A program made the translations under genes and the position numbers. A stretch of 40,207 nucleotides of DNA, taken from assembly GCA_047516345.1 (NCBI GenBank), contig JAKZUY010000165.1, positions 1-40,207 on the forward strand. Reading direction: 5' to 3'. The notes beneath the pieces are model-generated. The model ran no database searches. It saw only the letters and a list, made by a program, of their open reading frames with translations, and had not been told where the DNA came from. Shown here one piece after another: positions 28,015 to 37,049 of this stretch (positions are counted from its first letter, which is position 1; every line of letters begins with the position of its first letter). Source of the stretch: Dehalococcoidia bacterium. GTDB taxonomy: Bacteria; Chloroflexota; Dehalococcoidia; Lucifugimonadales; Lucifugimonadaceae.

Positions 28015-28719
28015 TCAGGTAATGACTCTGGCCGACTCCCCCCAGCGGGTCGTGTACTTTTCTACGAGCCTATGAAATTGCCCCCGGTAGTTCTCGGTCT
28101 GAATCGGGGGGGTGTTCATGATGATTGCGTCTTCAATGCCGGAGTAGTATCGCCGTTTCACCCCGATGTCCTGAAAACCGTACTTGCGGTACAGGGATCT
28201 GGCGGCATCGTTGGATGCCCTGACCTCCAGAGAGACGATGCGCGAATTTCGCTGGAGGGCCCGTTCGAGGCAGGCGATCAACAGCAACTCCCCAACTCCC
28301 CGCCGTCTTTCGTCCGGTCTGCTGGCGATGATCACCACGTGGGCCTCGTCGAGGACGAACCACATTCCTGCGAACCCGCCCACGTATTCTGAGTGCCGTT
28401 GGCCGCCCAGCACGGACGGTCTTTGAGTAGTCAACCAGAAGACGAATTCCCTGACCCAGCTAAATGGACCGTTGGAGTACGCTTTATTGCCTGACGGATG
28501 CTTGCCCCATCTGGCGTTACGCCGTTCTTCGCTGGTCCAGGCCCTTTCCGCCACGAAGTACGTCGCGTTGTCCCGCTGTAACTCCCGCCGGAACCTCGTG
28601 GGGTGTTCAAGGTCGGGGAATGCCTCGCGCTCCACGGTTGCCAACACGTGAGCGTCGTGCGGGTCGGCCGTGTGGACTCCGTAAGGGTTAGTCGACTGCC
28701 CGGCATCCGCGTCCGTCAT
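28015..28719 (-). CDS. GNAT N-acetyltransferase, RimI-like, with an internal insertion
   Basis: The acetyl-CoA motif A is IIASRPDERRRGVGELLL, followed by LEVRASNDAARSLYRKYGF...YYSGIEDAIIM, typical of RimI. The start is taken at the ATG at 28719. The ORF stays open to 28938. Confidence 0.75.
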   Translation of the reverse strand: MTDADAGQSTNPYGVHTADPHDAHVLATVEREAFPDLEHPTRFRRELQRDNATYFVAERAWTSEERRNARWGKHPSGNKAYSNGPFSWVREFVFWLTTQRPSVLGGQRHSEYVGGFAGMWFVLDEAHVVIIASRPDERRRGVGELLLIACLERALQRNSRIVSLEVRASNDAARSLYRKYGFQDIGVKRRYYSGIEDAIIMNTPPIQTENYRGQFHRLVEKYTTRWGESARVIT

Positions 28720-29042
28720 CGGTTTTGCCCCGGTGATGGGAGTTGACTGGGATCTTTTAAGTTCCGGATCTGAAACTGAGCGCACGTTACGATTCGTTGC
28801 ATGAATTGCTGATTGCACCGGTATATTAGCAATCGGGATATTCACGCGACGGACCGCGTCGGGCCAATGCGCGTGCGTTTCCCACAGGTTCGGCCTTGCC
28901 GGCAAGGCCAAAAGGGACGTAAAACGTAACGGGAACACGCTGCGTCGGGAACGCGGCGGCGCGAAACTGTTCCTTGCATTCCTAAAGTACTACGCGAGAT
29001 TTAATCACGGCGGCCACACAATCAATTCGAGTTGGGCGCGGG

Positions 29043-30896
29043 GTGGGCGAACCACGTCCCGGTCCCGAGGCCACTGACCGTCGGCCGAAAGCCGCGGTCG
29101 TTCTGCGAATCGTCCGTCTGGCGGCCAGACACCGATTGCGGCTCGGTATAGCGTTTTCCGCCGCCATCGTCGCGGCCGTGTTCCAGCTCTGGATTCCCCA
29201 GTTGTTGGGGCAGTCGGTCGACCGCGCTCTCACCTTGCTTACGGACCCCCTCACGAATGTCGGCGAGGCCCGGTCGCAGCTAATTGTCACGGGGGTCTTG
29301 CTGGTCGTGGCAGGCGGGCTCCGGGGCGGCTTCTCGATGTTCTACACGTACCTTGGCGAGTCGATTGGTCAACGCATGGCGTACAGGCTGCGGATGGCTT
29401 ACTACGAGCAGCTTCAGCGTCTCAGTTTCAGCTACCACGACCGCTCGCACGTCGGCGATATTCTGGCCCGCGGCATCCTGGACCTTGAGGGTGTGCGCAT
29501 GTTCGTGAACACGGCAATGCTGAGGACCGTGTACCTGTTGATCCTCATCGGCGCCGGCGCCTACCTGATGATCTCTACCAACTGGCAACTGGGGCTCATC
29601 AGTCTCAGTTTCGTCCCGATCGTGGCGTGGAGAGCATCGGTCGCGAGAATGAAACTGCGCCGGTTGTGGATGAAGCGGCAGGAGAAAATGGGTGAGATGA
29701 CCACGGTTATGGAGGAGAACCTGGGGGGCACACGAGTCGTCAGGGCCTTCGCGGCCGAAGACTACGAAATGGCCAAGTTCGACGTGAAGTCGAACGAGGC
29801 GCTGGCGCTCTCGAATGCCACTGTCGGCGTCTGGGTCCGCAACTCCACATTTATCACGTTCGTGTTTCTGATGGTGTGGGCCCTGATTGTGTGGATCGGC
29901 GGACTCAACGTCATCGACGGAAAGATGACCGTGGGCGAGTTGGTCACGTTCCTTGCGTACATGGGCATGTTGCAGATGCCTGTGCGCCAATTGGGCATGA
30001 TGGTCAACGGATATGCGCGGGCCACTACGTCAGGGGCCCGGCTTTTCGAGGTGCTGGATCTTGTGCCCGAGATTCGGGACAAGCCGGACGCCAAAGACCT
30101 GAACATCTGCGATGGCGCCGTCAAGTTCACCGACGTCCATTTCAGCTACGACGACGAGCCGGTACTCAGGGGCATCTCGTTCGAGGCCCGGCCTGGCCAC
30201 ACTATAGGCATTGTTGGCCCGCCAGGCAGCGGCAAGTCGACCATCGCTCATCTCATTCCCAGGTTCTACGACTGCACGGCAGGCGCGATTACTGTCGATG
30301 GGCAGGACGTTCGGGACGTTACGCTCGACTCGCTTCGGCACGCCGTGGGCGTCGTGGAGCAGGACACGTTCATGTTTTCGACGAGCGTCTACGAGAACGT
30401 GGCGTACGGGGAGCCGTACGGCAGAAGGGCGGACGTAGAGAACGCCACCGACCTTGCGCAGCTTCACAAGTACGTGTCGACCCTGCCGCTTGGCTACGAC
30501 ACGCTGGTGGGCGAGCGCGGCGTAAGGCTTTCGGGCGGGCAACGGCAACGGCTGTCCATCGCCCGCAGCATCATGCTCCGGCCGTCCGTGATTATTTTCG
30601 ACGACTCGACTGCGGCGATCGACGCGGCGACGGAGCAGCGGATCAGGGCTGCGTTGGCTGACGTGACGCGGGACCGCTCGGTGATCATCATTTCCCACCG
30701 CCTGAGTTCGCTTATGCACGCCGACGAGATTCTGTTCATCGAGGAAGGTCTTGTAGCGGAGCGCGGTAGCCACGAAGAGTTGATCACCCGGGGCGGCAAG
30801 TACCAGGAACTTTACGAGCTACAGATTCGGCCTGACATGGACCTGGACCGGAGTAGCGAACAGCTGGACGAATCCACCGGGGAGTCGCCGTCATGA
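29043..30896 (+). CDS. ABC exporter, fused transmembrane and ATP-binding subunit (type IV exporter fold, MsbA/MDR-like), subunit A
   Basis: A six-TM domain is followed by Walker A (GPPGSGKST), Q-loop, signature LSGGQRQRLSIAR, Walker B (IIIFDDSTAAID) and an H-loop (IISHRL). Confidence 0.9.
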   Translation: MGEPRPGPEATDRRPKAAVVLRIVRLAARHRLRLGIAFSAAIVAAVFQLWIPQLLGQSVDRALTLLTDPLTNVGEARSQLIVTGVLLVVAGGLRGGFSMFYTYLGESIGQRMAYRLRMAYYEQLQRLSFSYHDRSHVGDILARGILDLEGVRMFVNTAMLRTVYLLILIGAGAYLMISTNWQLGLISLSFVPIVAWRASVARMKLRRLWMKRQEKMGEMTTVMEENLGGTRVVRAFAAEDYEMAKFDVKSNEALALSNATVGVWVRNSTFITFVFLMVWALIVWIGGLNVIDGKMTVGELVTFLAYMGMLQMPVRQLGMMVNGYARATTSGARLFEVLDLVPEIRDKPDAKDLNICDGAVKFTDVHFSYDDEPVLRGISFEARPGHTIGIVGPPGSGKSTIAHLIPRFYDCTAGAITVDGQDVRDVTLDSLRHAVGVVEQDTFMFSTSVYENVAYGEPYGRRADVENATDLAQLHKYVSTLPLGYDTLVGERGVRLSGGQRQRLSIARSIMLRPSVIIFDDSTAAIDAATEQRIRAALADVTRDRSVIIISHRLSSLMHADEILFIEEGLVAERGSHEELITRGGKYQELYELQIRPDMDLDRSSEQLDESTGESPS

Positions 30897-32788
30897 GGGG
30901 TGGAGGCGGCGGCGGCGGCGGCATGGGCGGCGGCATGTCGATGGGCCGCCAGTCATCGGTGCGGCCGGGGCAGACCGCCGAGCAGATCTTCGGAGACGCG
31001 TTCGACGGGCAGGTTGTCAAGCGATTCATCGCTTTTGTGTATCCCTACCGCAAACTGATTGCCATGACCATGGTGGCCGTTCTGATCTTTAGCGCGACGA
31101 CCCTCGCCTTTCCGCTGCTCGTCAAATACGCCATCGATCGGGGCCTGCAGGGTGCGGGGAACAAAGAGCAGTTGGGGGTTGCGGTGGCCGCGTTGTTCGG
31201 AGCGGTGTTGCTGAACTACCTCAGCAATTTCCTGCAGGAGATCATCGTGGTTCGCCTGTCCATGCGCGTTCTGTTCGACTTGCGTCGGTCCATGTACCTA
31301 CACCTTCAGCGAGTCTCCATGTCGTTCATGGACAAAACGGAGATCGGTCGGCTGATGGCGCGCCTGCAAGGGGATGTAGCGGCCCTTCAGGAGTTCCTGG
31401 AGACTGCGGTATTCGCCATCGGAGACTTGCTTACGCTAGTCGGGATCATCTGCGTTCTTCTGATCCTCGACCCGATGCTGGGGGCCCTGACCCTGATAGT
31501 CATACCTGCGCTGTTCCTCGTGCGCATCGTCTGGCTGCCCCGTGCGAAGCGCGCATTCTTGCGGGCGCGGGAATTGTTGTCGGAGGTCAACGGCGCGCTG
31601 AACGAGAACGTCAATGGCGTCAAGATCGTCCAGGGCATGGTCCGGGAGCGCATCAACTTCGAAATGTTCGACGAGAAGGCGACAGAAGCCCTGAAGAGCC
31701 AGCAACGCGCCGCGCTATTCGGACAGTCTCTGCTACCTGTGGTCGATACGCTGACCGGAGTGGCCATGGCCATTGTGGTGATTGTCGGAGGGAGTCTTGT
31801 GCTCGACAGCGCGCTCGAGGTCGGGGTAATGGTGGCGTTCATGCTCTACGTGCAGAGATTCTTCGACCCGATCCGCTCGCTGACCATGCACTACACCACC
31901 ATGCAGCGGGCTATGGCTTCCGGCCAACGGATTTTCGAGGTGCTCGACGTGCCCGTCGACATACGGGACAAGGGCGACGCCATCGATCTCAAGGATACCG
32001 ACGGTGCAATTGAGTTCAGAAACGTCACCTTTGGCTACTTTCCCGATCAACCGATACTTAACAACGTGAGCTTTCGCGTCGAGCCAGGCGAAACTGTCGC
32101 CCTCGTCGGGCCGACCGGTTCGGGGAAAACGTCGACAACGGCGCTTATTCACCGCTTCTACGAGACCTGGGAAGGACAGGTGATGGTGGGGGGTCACGAC
32201 GTGCGGGACGTGACTCAGGAGTCTCTCGGCCGACAGGTGTCGATGGTGTTACAGGACCCCTATCTGTTCACCGGCTCCGTCTACGAAAATATCAGGTATC
32301 GGAAACTAGAGGCCACGAGAGAGGACATCGTCGCCGCCGCGCGCGCAGTTGGCGCGCACGAGTTCATCATGCGCCTGCCCGACGGTTACGAAACCATGCT
32401 GGAGCAGCGTGGCGGCAACCTTTCGATCGGTCAGAGGCAGCTGGTCAGTTTCGCCAGGGCGATCGTCGCCGATTCTAAAATTCTTGTTCTTGACGAAGCT
32501 ACGGCCAACATCGACAGCTACACCGAGATGCTGATTCAACAGGCGCTCGCAAGGCTTCTCGAAGGGCAGACAGGGGTGGTAATCGCCCATCGTCTGGCCA
32601 CTATAAGGAATGCCGACCGGATCATCGTGCTACAGGATGGGCGCATAATCGAGACCGGCACGCACGATGAGTTGTTGGAACACGGCGGACTCTACTCGCG
32701 GCTCTATTCGCTCAACTACGCCTCGTTCGACGACATGCCGGACGAATTGATTTTGGAAGTCACACAGGCGTACCGAATAATGACCTGA
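30893..32788 (+). CDS. ABC exporter, fused transmembrane and ATP-binding subunit, subunit B (heterodimer partner)
   Basis: The ATG overlaps the upstream stop (ATGA). Motifs are Walker A (GPTGSGKTS), signature LSIGQRQLVSFAR, Walker B (ILVLDEATANID) and H-loop (VIAHRL). The N-terminus is Gly-rich (MRGGGGGGGGMGGGM). Confidence 0.9.
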   Translation: MRGGGGGGGGMGGGMSMGRQSSVRPGQTAEQIFGDAFDGQVVKRFIAFVYPYRKLIAMTMVAVLIFSATTLAFPLLVKYAIDRGLQGAGNKEQLGVAVAALFGAVLLNYLSNFLQEIIVVRLSMRVLFDLRRSMYLHLQRVSMSFMDKTEIGRLMARLQGDVAALQEFLETAVFAIGDLLTLVGIICVLLILDPMLGALTLIVIPALFLVRIVWLPRAKRAFLRARELLSEVNGALNENVNGVKIVQGMVRERINFEMFDEKATEALKSQQRAALFGQSLLPVVDTLTGVAMAIVVIVGGSLVLDSALEVGVMVAFMLYVQRFFDPIRSLTMHYTTMQRAMASGQRIFEVLDVPVDIRDKGDAIDLKDTDGAIEFRNVTFGYFPDQPILNNVSFRVEPGETVALVGPTGSGKTSTTALIHRFYETWEGQVMVGGHDVRDVTQESLGRQVSMVLQDPYLFTGSVYENIRYRKLEATREDIVAAARAVGAHEFIMRLPDGYETMLEQRGGNLSIGQRQLVSFARAIVADSKILVLDEATANIDSYTEMLIQQALARLLEGQTGVVIAHRLATIRNADRIIVLQDGRIIETGTHDELLEHGGLYSRLYSLNYASFDDMPDELILEVTQAYRIMT

Positions 32789-32853
32789 TCGATTGCGTGG
32801 CGATTTGCCCCTGGCTGCGACCTGCGGACTGGATGGTGTGCGCTGCCTCTCGA

Positions 32854-32883
32854 GAGGCCTGGAGCGGGCCTCTTCGTTGTGTT
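32854..32883 (+). terminator. Candidate terminator after the ABC exporter pair
   Basis: GAGGCC-tggagcg-GGCCTC is followed by TTCGTTGTGTT. It overlaps the 14-nt perfect palindrome GCCTCTCGAGAGGC. Confidence 0.35.
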
Positions 32884-32951
32884 AAAGCGCGCCCTGTTTT
32901 GTCGGTACGTGCGGTGTTAGGCTGAGGCCATCGACCTCCGCACGTTTCAAC

Positions 32952-35321
32952 ATGAGCCGAGAACACTCTCCGGATATGCTCCCAGTCAAGGAAAGACAGC
33001 AGCTGGCCGGGCACGACGACGTTCGCAGAAACGTGAGAAACAGGGTGTTGTGGCTCGCCTGCGCAATGGTGCATTGGGCCAATAATGTCCGATCCAGCCC
33101 GGACGGCATGAAGGTCGGAGGCCACCAGAGCGCATCCGCCTCGTCAGTCGCCCTGCTGACCGCCCTGTATTTCGAGACGCTCAAAGCGTCCGACAGGGTC
33201 GCCATCAAACCGCACGCCTCTCCCGTTTTTCACGCCATACAGTACCTGCTTGGCAACTTGCCCGAGAGTTTTCTGGCCCGCTTCAGGGCTTTTGGCGGCC
33301 TGCAGGCCTACCCCAGCCGGACCAAAGACCCGGACGAAGTGGACTACTCTACCGGGGCAGTCGGAATGGGCCCTGCCGCGGTCGCCTTTGGGGCATTGAC
33401 CCGCGAGTACCTGGCGTCACACGAGCTATCACCCACTTCCGGCCGCTTTTTTGCACACATCGGCGATGGTGAACTGGACGAAGGGTGTGTGTGGGAGTCT
33501 GCCGACGAGCCTCTGGTCGAGGAACTGAACCGGTGCATCTGGATCATCGACCTCAACCGGCAGAGCCTCGACCGGGTGATTCCCGGGATACGGATTCAAC
33601 GATTCCGTCAGATGTTCGAGGCGAACGGCTGGACCGTGATCACTGCAAAGTACGGGGACCGGTTGACCGAGTTGATGGAACGCCCCGGCGGCGAGGCGCT
33701 GCGCAGCCGCATAGACGACATGAGCAACGAGGAGTATCAGGGGATGCTCCGTATTCCTGACGACGAGGTGCGCGGTAGGCTCCTCGACGGTTCGGGGCGC
33801 CTCCGGCATGACCTGAAAACACTCATGGACGACGTGCCGGACGCCGAGTTGGCGAGCCGAATCGCAAACCTCGGCGGCCACGACGTCGGGACGCTGGTGA
33901 GGTGCTATAGAGAGGCGTCGGCCACGGATTCACCGGCAGTGGTCTTTGCTTACACCATCAAGGGCTGGGGTCTGCCCACGGCCGGTGACCCACGCAATCA
34001 CTCGGCGCTTCTGACCGGGGCCGAGTATGAAGCGCTCGCGGACCGCTGCGGAGTTTCAGTCGAGGACCCGTGGGCGAAGTTCCCCGCAGGTTCGTTGGAA
34101 GACGACTACGTCATGGCGGCGGCCGAGCGGCTGAAGCGTCCCATCCTGGAAAGGGAGAGACCAATTGAGTTCAACGAAACCGAACTGTCGGTGCCCGGGA
34201 CGGCGTCGACCCAGGACGCGTTCGGCCGAATACTGGTGGAACTGGACAGGACCTCTCCAGAGTCGGCTAAACGAGTGGTCACTGTTTCACCCGACGTAGC
34301 GACCTCGACCAATCTGGCCAGTTGGATAAACCGCTGCGGTGTCTGGTCGCACGATCAGGCTCCGGATTACCTGGGATTTCAGGATCGGATCCTGAAATGG
34401 CTTTACGGCCCGTCCGGCCGCCATATCGAACTCGGCATTTCGGAAAACAACCTGTTCCTGCTACTGGGCCAACTTGGGCTGTCCGAGGAGCTGTCCGGCA
34501 AACGGCTTATTCCAATAGGGACTGTGTACGATCCATTCATCAACAGGGGTCTGGATGCATTCATCTACGGCGTTTACCAGGGTTCGCGGTTCATCGCCGT
34601 GGCTACTCCATCCGGCATCTCCCTGAGTAGCGAGGGAGGCGCGCACCAGGGCATTCTGACCCCGGGCTTCGGCATCGGCGTGCCGGGCACGACCTACTAC
34701 GAGCCGGCCTTTGCGCGGGAACTGGAGTGGATTCTGCTGGAGGCGGTGCGGAACATCGGCCGGGGAGAGGGCGAGTCGTTCATTCTGCGGCTAAGCACCA
34801 AGCCCGTAGATCAATCGTTGTTCGGCGCAGACGGCGACGAATACGATCCGCTTGAACGCAGGCGGCAGGCCCTTGAGGGGTGTTACCGCCTGCGCGCCGC
34901 CGATCCCGCCACAGGCGAAACCGCCCACATCTTCGCGGTCGGCGCGATGGTCCCAGTTGCGCTGGAAGCCGCCGACCGTCTGGGTTCGGAGGGTATAGAC
35001 GCGAACGTGTTCGTCATCACCAGCCCCGACCTGCTTTACCGCCGTTTCAGGGATGCCGCCATTGGCAGCGTATACGGCGGTGAAACTACGCAGCCCGATC
35101 CCACCGGCCTGTTGGATTGGCATGAAATCGGCCGTCCGATCGTGACAGTGATCGACGGGCACTCGCAGGTTTTGAGCTTCCTTGGCGGCGCGCTACAGGG
35201 CCGGTCGATTCACCTCGGAGTCGACGCGTTCGGGCAATCCGGCACCATCCCGGAGCTCTACCGGCACTACGGAATTGACTCGGAGGGCATTTTCCACGCC
35301 GCCTTGTCGCTGTTCGACTAG
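32952..35321 (+). CDS. Homodimeric-type 2-oxoacid (pyruvate) dehydrogenase E1 component-like ThDP enzyme (AceE-like)
   Basis: The product is 789 aa. Motifs are VGGHQSASASS and the ThDP-binding block GDGELDEG...IIDLNRQSLD, which matches the AceE GDGEMDEP...NCNLQRLDG pattern. It also has transketolase-like Pyr and C-terminal domains. It is shorter than E. coli AceE at the N-terminus. Confidence 0.72.
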   Translation: MSREHSPDMLPVKERQQLAGHDDVRRNVRNRVLWLACAMVHWANNVRSSPDGMKVGGHQSASASSVALLTALYFETLKASDRVAIKPHASPVFHAIQYLLGNLPESFLARFRAFGGLQAYPSRTKDPDEVDYSTGAVGMGPAAVAFGALTREYLASHELSPTSGRFFAHIGDGELDEGCVWESADEPLVEELNRCIWIIDLNRQSLDRVIPGIRIQRFRQMFEANGWTVITAKYGDRLTELMERPGGEALRSRIDDMSNEEYQGMLRIPDDEVRGRLLDGSGRLRHDLKTLMDDVPDAELASRIANLGGHDVGTLVRCYREASATDSPAVVFAYTIKGWGLPTAGDPRNHSALLTGAEYEALADRCGVSVEDPWAKFPAGSLEDDYVMAAAERLKRPILERERPIEFNETELSVPGTASTQDAFGRILVELDRTSPESAKRVVTVSPDVATSTNLASWINRCGVWSHDQAPDYLGFQDRILKWLYGPSGRHIELGISENNLFLLLGQLGLSEELSGKRLIPIGTVYDPFINRGLDAFIYGVYQGSRFIAVATPSGISLSSEGGAHQGILTPGFGIGVPGTTYYEPAFARELEWILLEAVRNIGRGEGESFILRLSTKPVDQSLFGADGDEYDPLERRRQALEGCYRLRAADPATGETAHIFAVGAMVPVALEAADRLGSEGIDANVFVITSPDLLYRRFRDAAIGSVYGGETTQPDPTGLLDWHEIGRPIVTVIDGHSQVLSFLGGALQGRSIHLGVDAFGQSGTIPELYRHYGIDSEGIFHAALSLFD

Positions 35322-35345
35322 GCGCGGCCCACGCGACCGTCCGTT

Positions 35346-36428
35346 TTAGAGTAGGCGGGGTTGGCCTCGTCCGGCGTCGAGTTGGTGCGGCGCACCGGCG
35401 TGATCCATGCCCGGCCCGGTGGCTTTCCTTCCGCCCGGTGTGCGGACTATGAATCCGATCTTCAGCAGGAAAGGCTCTACGACGTCTGTGAGCGTCTGCT
35501 TTTCTTCATTGATCGTGGCGGCGAGCGCCTCGATTCCGGCCGGTCCACCGCTGTAGTTATGCGCCAGGGTCCTCAGGTATAACCGATCGAGCCGATCGAG
35601 CCCCAATCCATCGACCCCTTCGAGTTCCAGCGCATCGCGGGCGACGGTCAACGTGACCCCTCCGCCCGTTTGGACTTCAGCGAAATCCCTTACTCGCCTG
35701 AGTAGGCGGTTTGCGACCCGGGGCGTGCCGCGTGCCCGTCTGGCAATCTCGGACGCAGCATCGGGTTCGACGTCAATGCGAAGGATGCCGGCAGAACGCG
35801 TTACGACCGTGGCCAGTTGAGGTTCGGAGTAGAAGTCGAGGTGGTAGGCGAGGCCGAATCGTTCCCGTAGCGGCGCGCTCAACATGCCGGCCCGCGTGGT
35901 CGATCCGACTAGAGTGAATCGATCGACCGGCAGGCTGATCGTCTTGGCGAACGCGCCGGATCCGGTCACGAAATCGATTCGATAGTCTTCCATCGCTGAG
36001 TAGAGGTACTCCTCGACTGCCGTCGAAAGGCGGTGGATTTCGTCTATGAAGATTACGTCGCCCTCGTTGAGATTGGACAGCAGGCCGACGACGTCGGCGG
36101 GCCGCTCCAACGCGGGCCCCGACGTGTGTGACATGACGCTGTCCAGTTCTCTGGCGATGATGTGAGCCAAGGTCGTCTTGCCAAGGCCCGGCGGGCCGTG
36201 AAACAGGACGTGATCCAGGGCCTCGCCTCGTGATTTCGCCGCCCGCACCGCGATGTTGAGGGCCTCCACGACCCTCCTCTGGCCGACGTACTCGTCAAAG
36301 TTCCGGGGCCGCAGGTCGCTCCCCATACGCTCCACTACGGGTTTTCCGGGGGCTTTCGGCGCGCTGGCGGGCGCGTCAGACAAACGGTTCGTGCCGTCTG
36401 TTCTTTTTACGATGGTCTCTTTCGCCAT
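35346..36428 (-). CDS. ruvB: Holliday junction branch migration helicase RuvB
   Basis: Motifs are LRPRNFDEYVGQ, Walker A (GPPGLGKTTLA), Walker B (VIFIDEIHRL), sensor GSTTRAG.LS.PLR.RFG and the winged-helix C-terminus EPFLLKIGFIVRTPGGR. An alternative start is the MGSDLRP methionine. Confidence 0.95.
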   Translation of the reverse strand: MAKETIVKRTDGTNRLSDAPASAPKAPGKPVVERMGSDLRPRNFDEYVGQRRVVEALNIAVRAAKSRGEALDHVLFHGPPGLGKTTLAHIIARELDSVMSHTSGPALERPADVVGLLSNLNEGDVIFIDEIHRLSTAVEEYLYSAMEDYRIDFVTGSGAFAKTISLPVDRFTLVGSTTRAGMLSAPLRERFGLAYHLDFYSEPQLATVVTRSAGILRIDVEPDAASEIARRARGTPRVANRLLRRVRDFAEVQTGGGVTLTVARDALELEGVDGLGLDRLDRLYLRTLAHNYSGGPAGIEALAATINEEKQTLTDVVEPFLLKIGFIVRTPGGRKATGPGMDHAGAPHQLDAGRGQPRLL

Positions 36429-36514
36429 GACCGATTCAGTTCAATCGCTTCGATGCAGCCCGGGTATGAGGCCATCCTCTCGAGCCCGTCTCAAAAAGCT
36501 GGCTGCTCCGCGTA

Positions 36515-36898
36515 AACCCCCGTCGTTCCCCCGGAAAAGGGAAACAAACCGCCCTCTGCCGCATTCGATTGCGACCGGGCAACCCCGTCGTTCCCGTGAA
36601 AATAGACCTTGGCGTAACTAGCTCCCCAACCAGTGATTCATCACTCCATACAACCCTGAGCGCCCCATGTCACCCTGAGCGTCCCACGTCACTCTGAGCG
36701 CGCCTTGTCACCCTGAGCGAAGCCGAAGGGTCTGGGTAAGAGGGGCGGGACATGCCGTCTGGATGGCTTAGGTTCCTCGGCTGCGCTCGGAATGACATGT
36801 GGTTATTCAGAATGACATGCGTTTAGGTTATCCAAAGGTCTCCGAAAACGGGAAACCAAACCGCCCTGGGGTTCCCCGATCGGGGTCGGGGATGACGG
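36515..36898. repeat. Mosaic of short GC-rich direct and inverted repeats (REP/MITE-like) in the ruvA-ruvB gap
   Basis: Four 19-nt-period units yCAmyCTGAGCG start at 36651, 36670, 36689 and 36708. Two inverted copies lie at 36784-36796 and 36804-36816. CCGTCGTTCCC occurs at 36520-36530 and 36585-36595, with an inverted copy at 36887-36898. GGGAAACmAAACCGCCCT occurs at 36538-36555 and 36850-36867. The palindrome CCCCGATCGGGG lies at 36874-36885. Confidence 0.8.
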
Positions 36899-37049
36899 AT
36901 GAGGTGCGGGTCGGAGAAGACGGTTGATGCGCTGTTCAAGTCGGACAGGATGGAGTTATGGGACAGGCTCATTAGGGAGCGCGCCCCCGGCCGGACCTTC
37001 CCCGGGCGAAGTCGAAGGACAGTTCGCATTCCCTCGAGCGTCGCGGTTT

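Noticed and set aside
28893-28910. The perfect 18-nt palindrome GGCCTTGCCGGCAAGGCC in the RimI/ABC-exporter divergent region, considered as a terminator.
   Set aside because: It lies between divergently transcribed genes, and a T-run does not follow it on either strand. It may be a protein-binding site, but nothing supports a specific call.
28720-28938. The 73-codon upstream extension of the RimI-like ORF, considered as real coding sequence.
   Set aside because: The extension (MFPLRFTSLLALPARPNLWETHAHWPD...) has no GNAT homology and lower coding-like character. The ATG at 28719 gives a protein that begins just before the conserved GNAT N-terminal region.
36651-36726. Four evenly spaced 19-nt-period repeats, considered as a possible mini CRISPR array.
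   Set aside because: The conserved part is only about 12 nt and the variable part about 7 nt, far below CRISPR repeat and spacer sizes. Inverted copies of the same unit lie next to it, and there are no cas genes. It is better explained as REP/MITE-like repeats.
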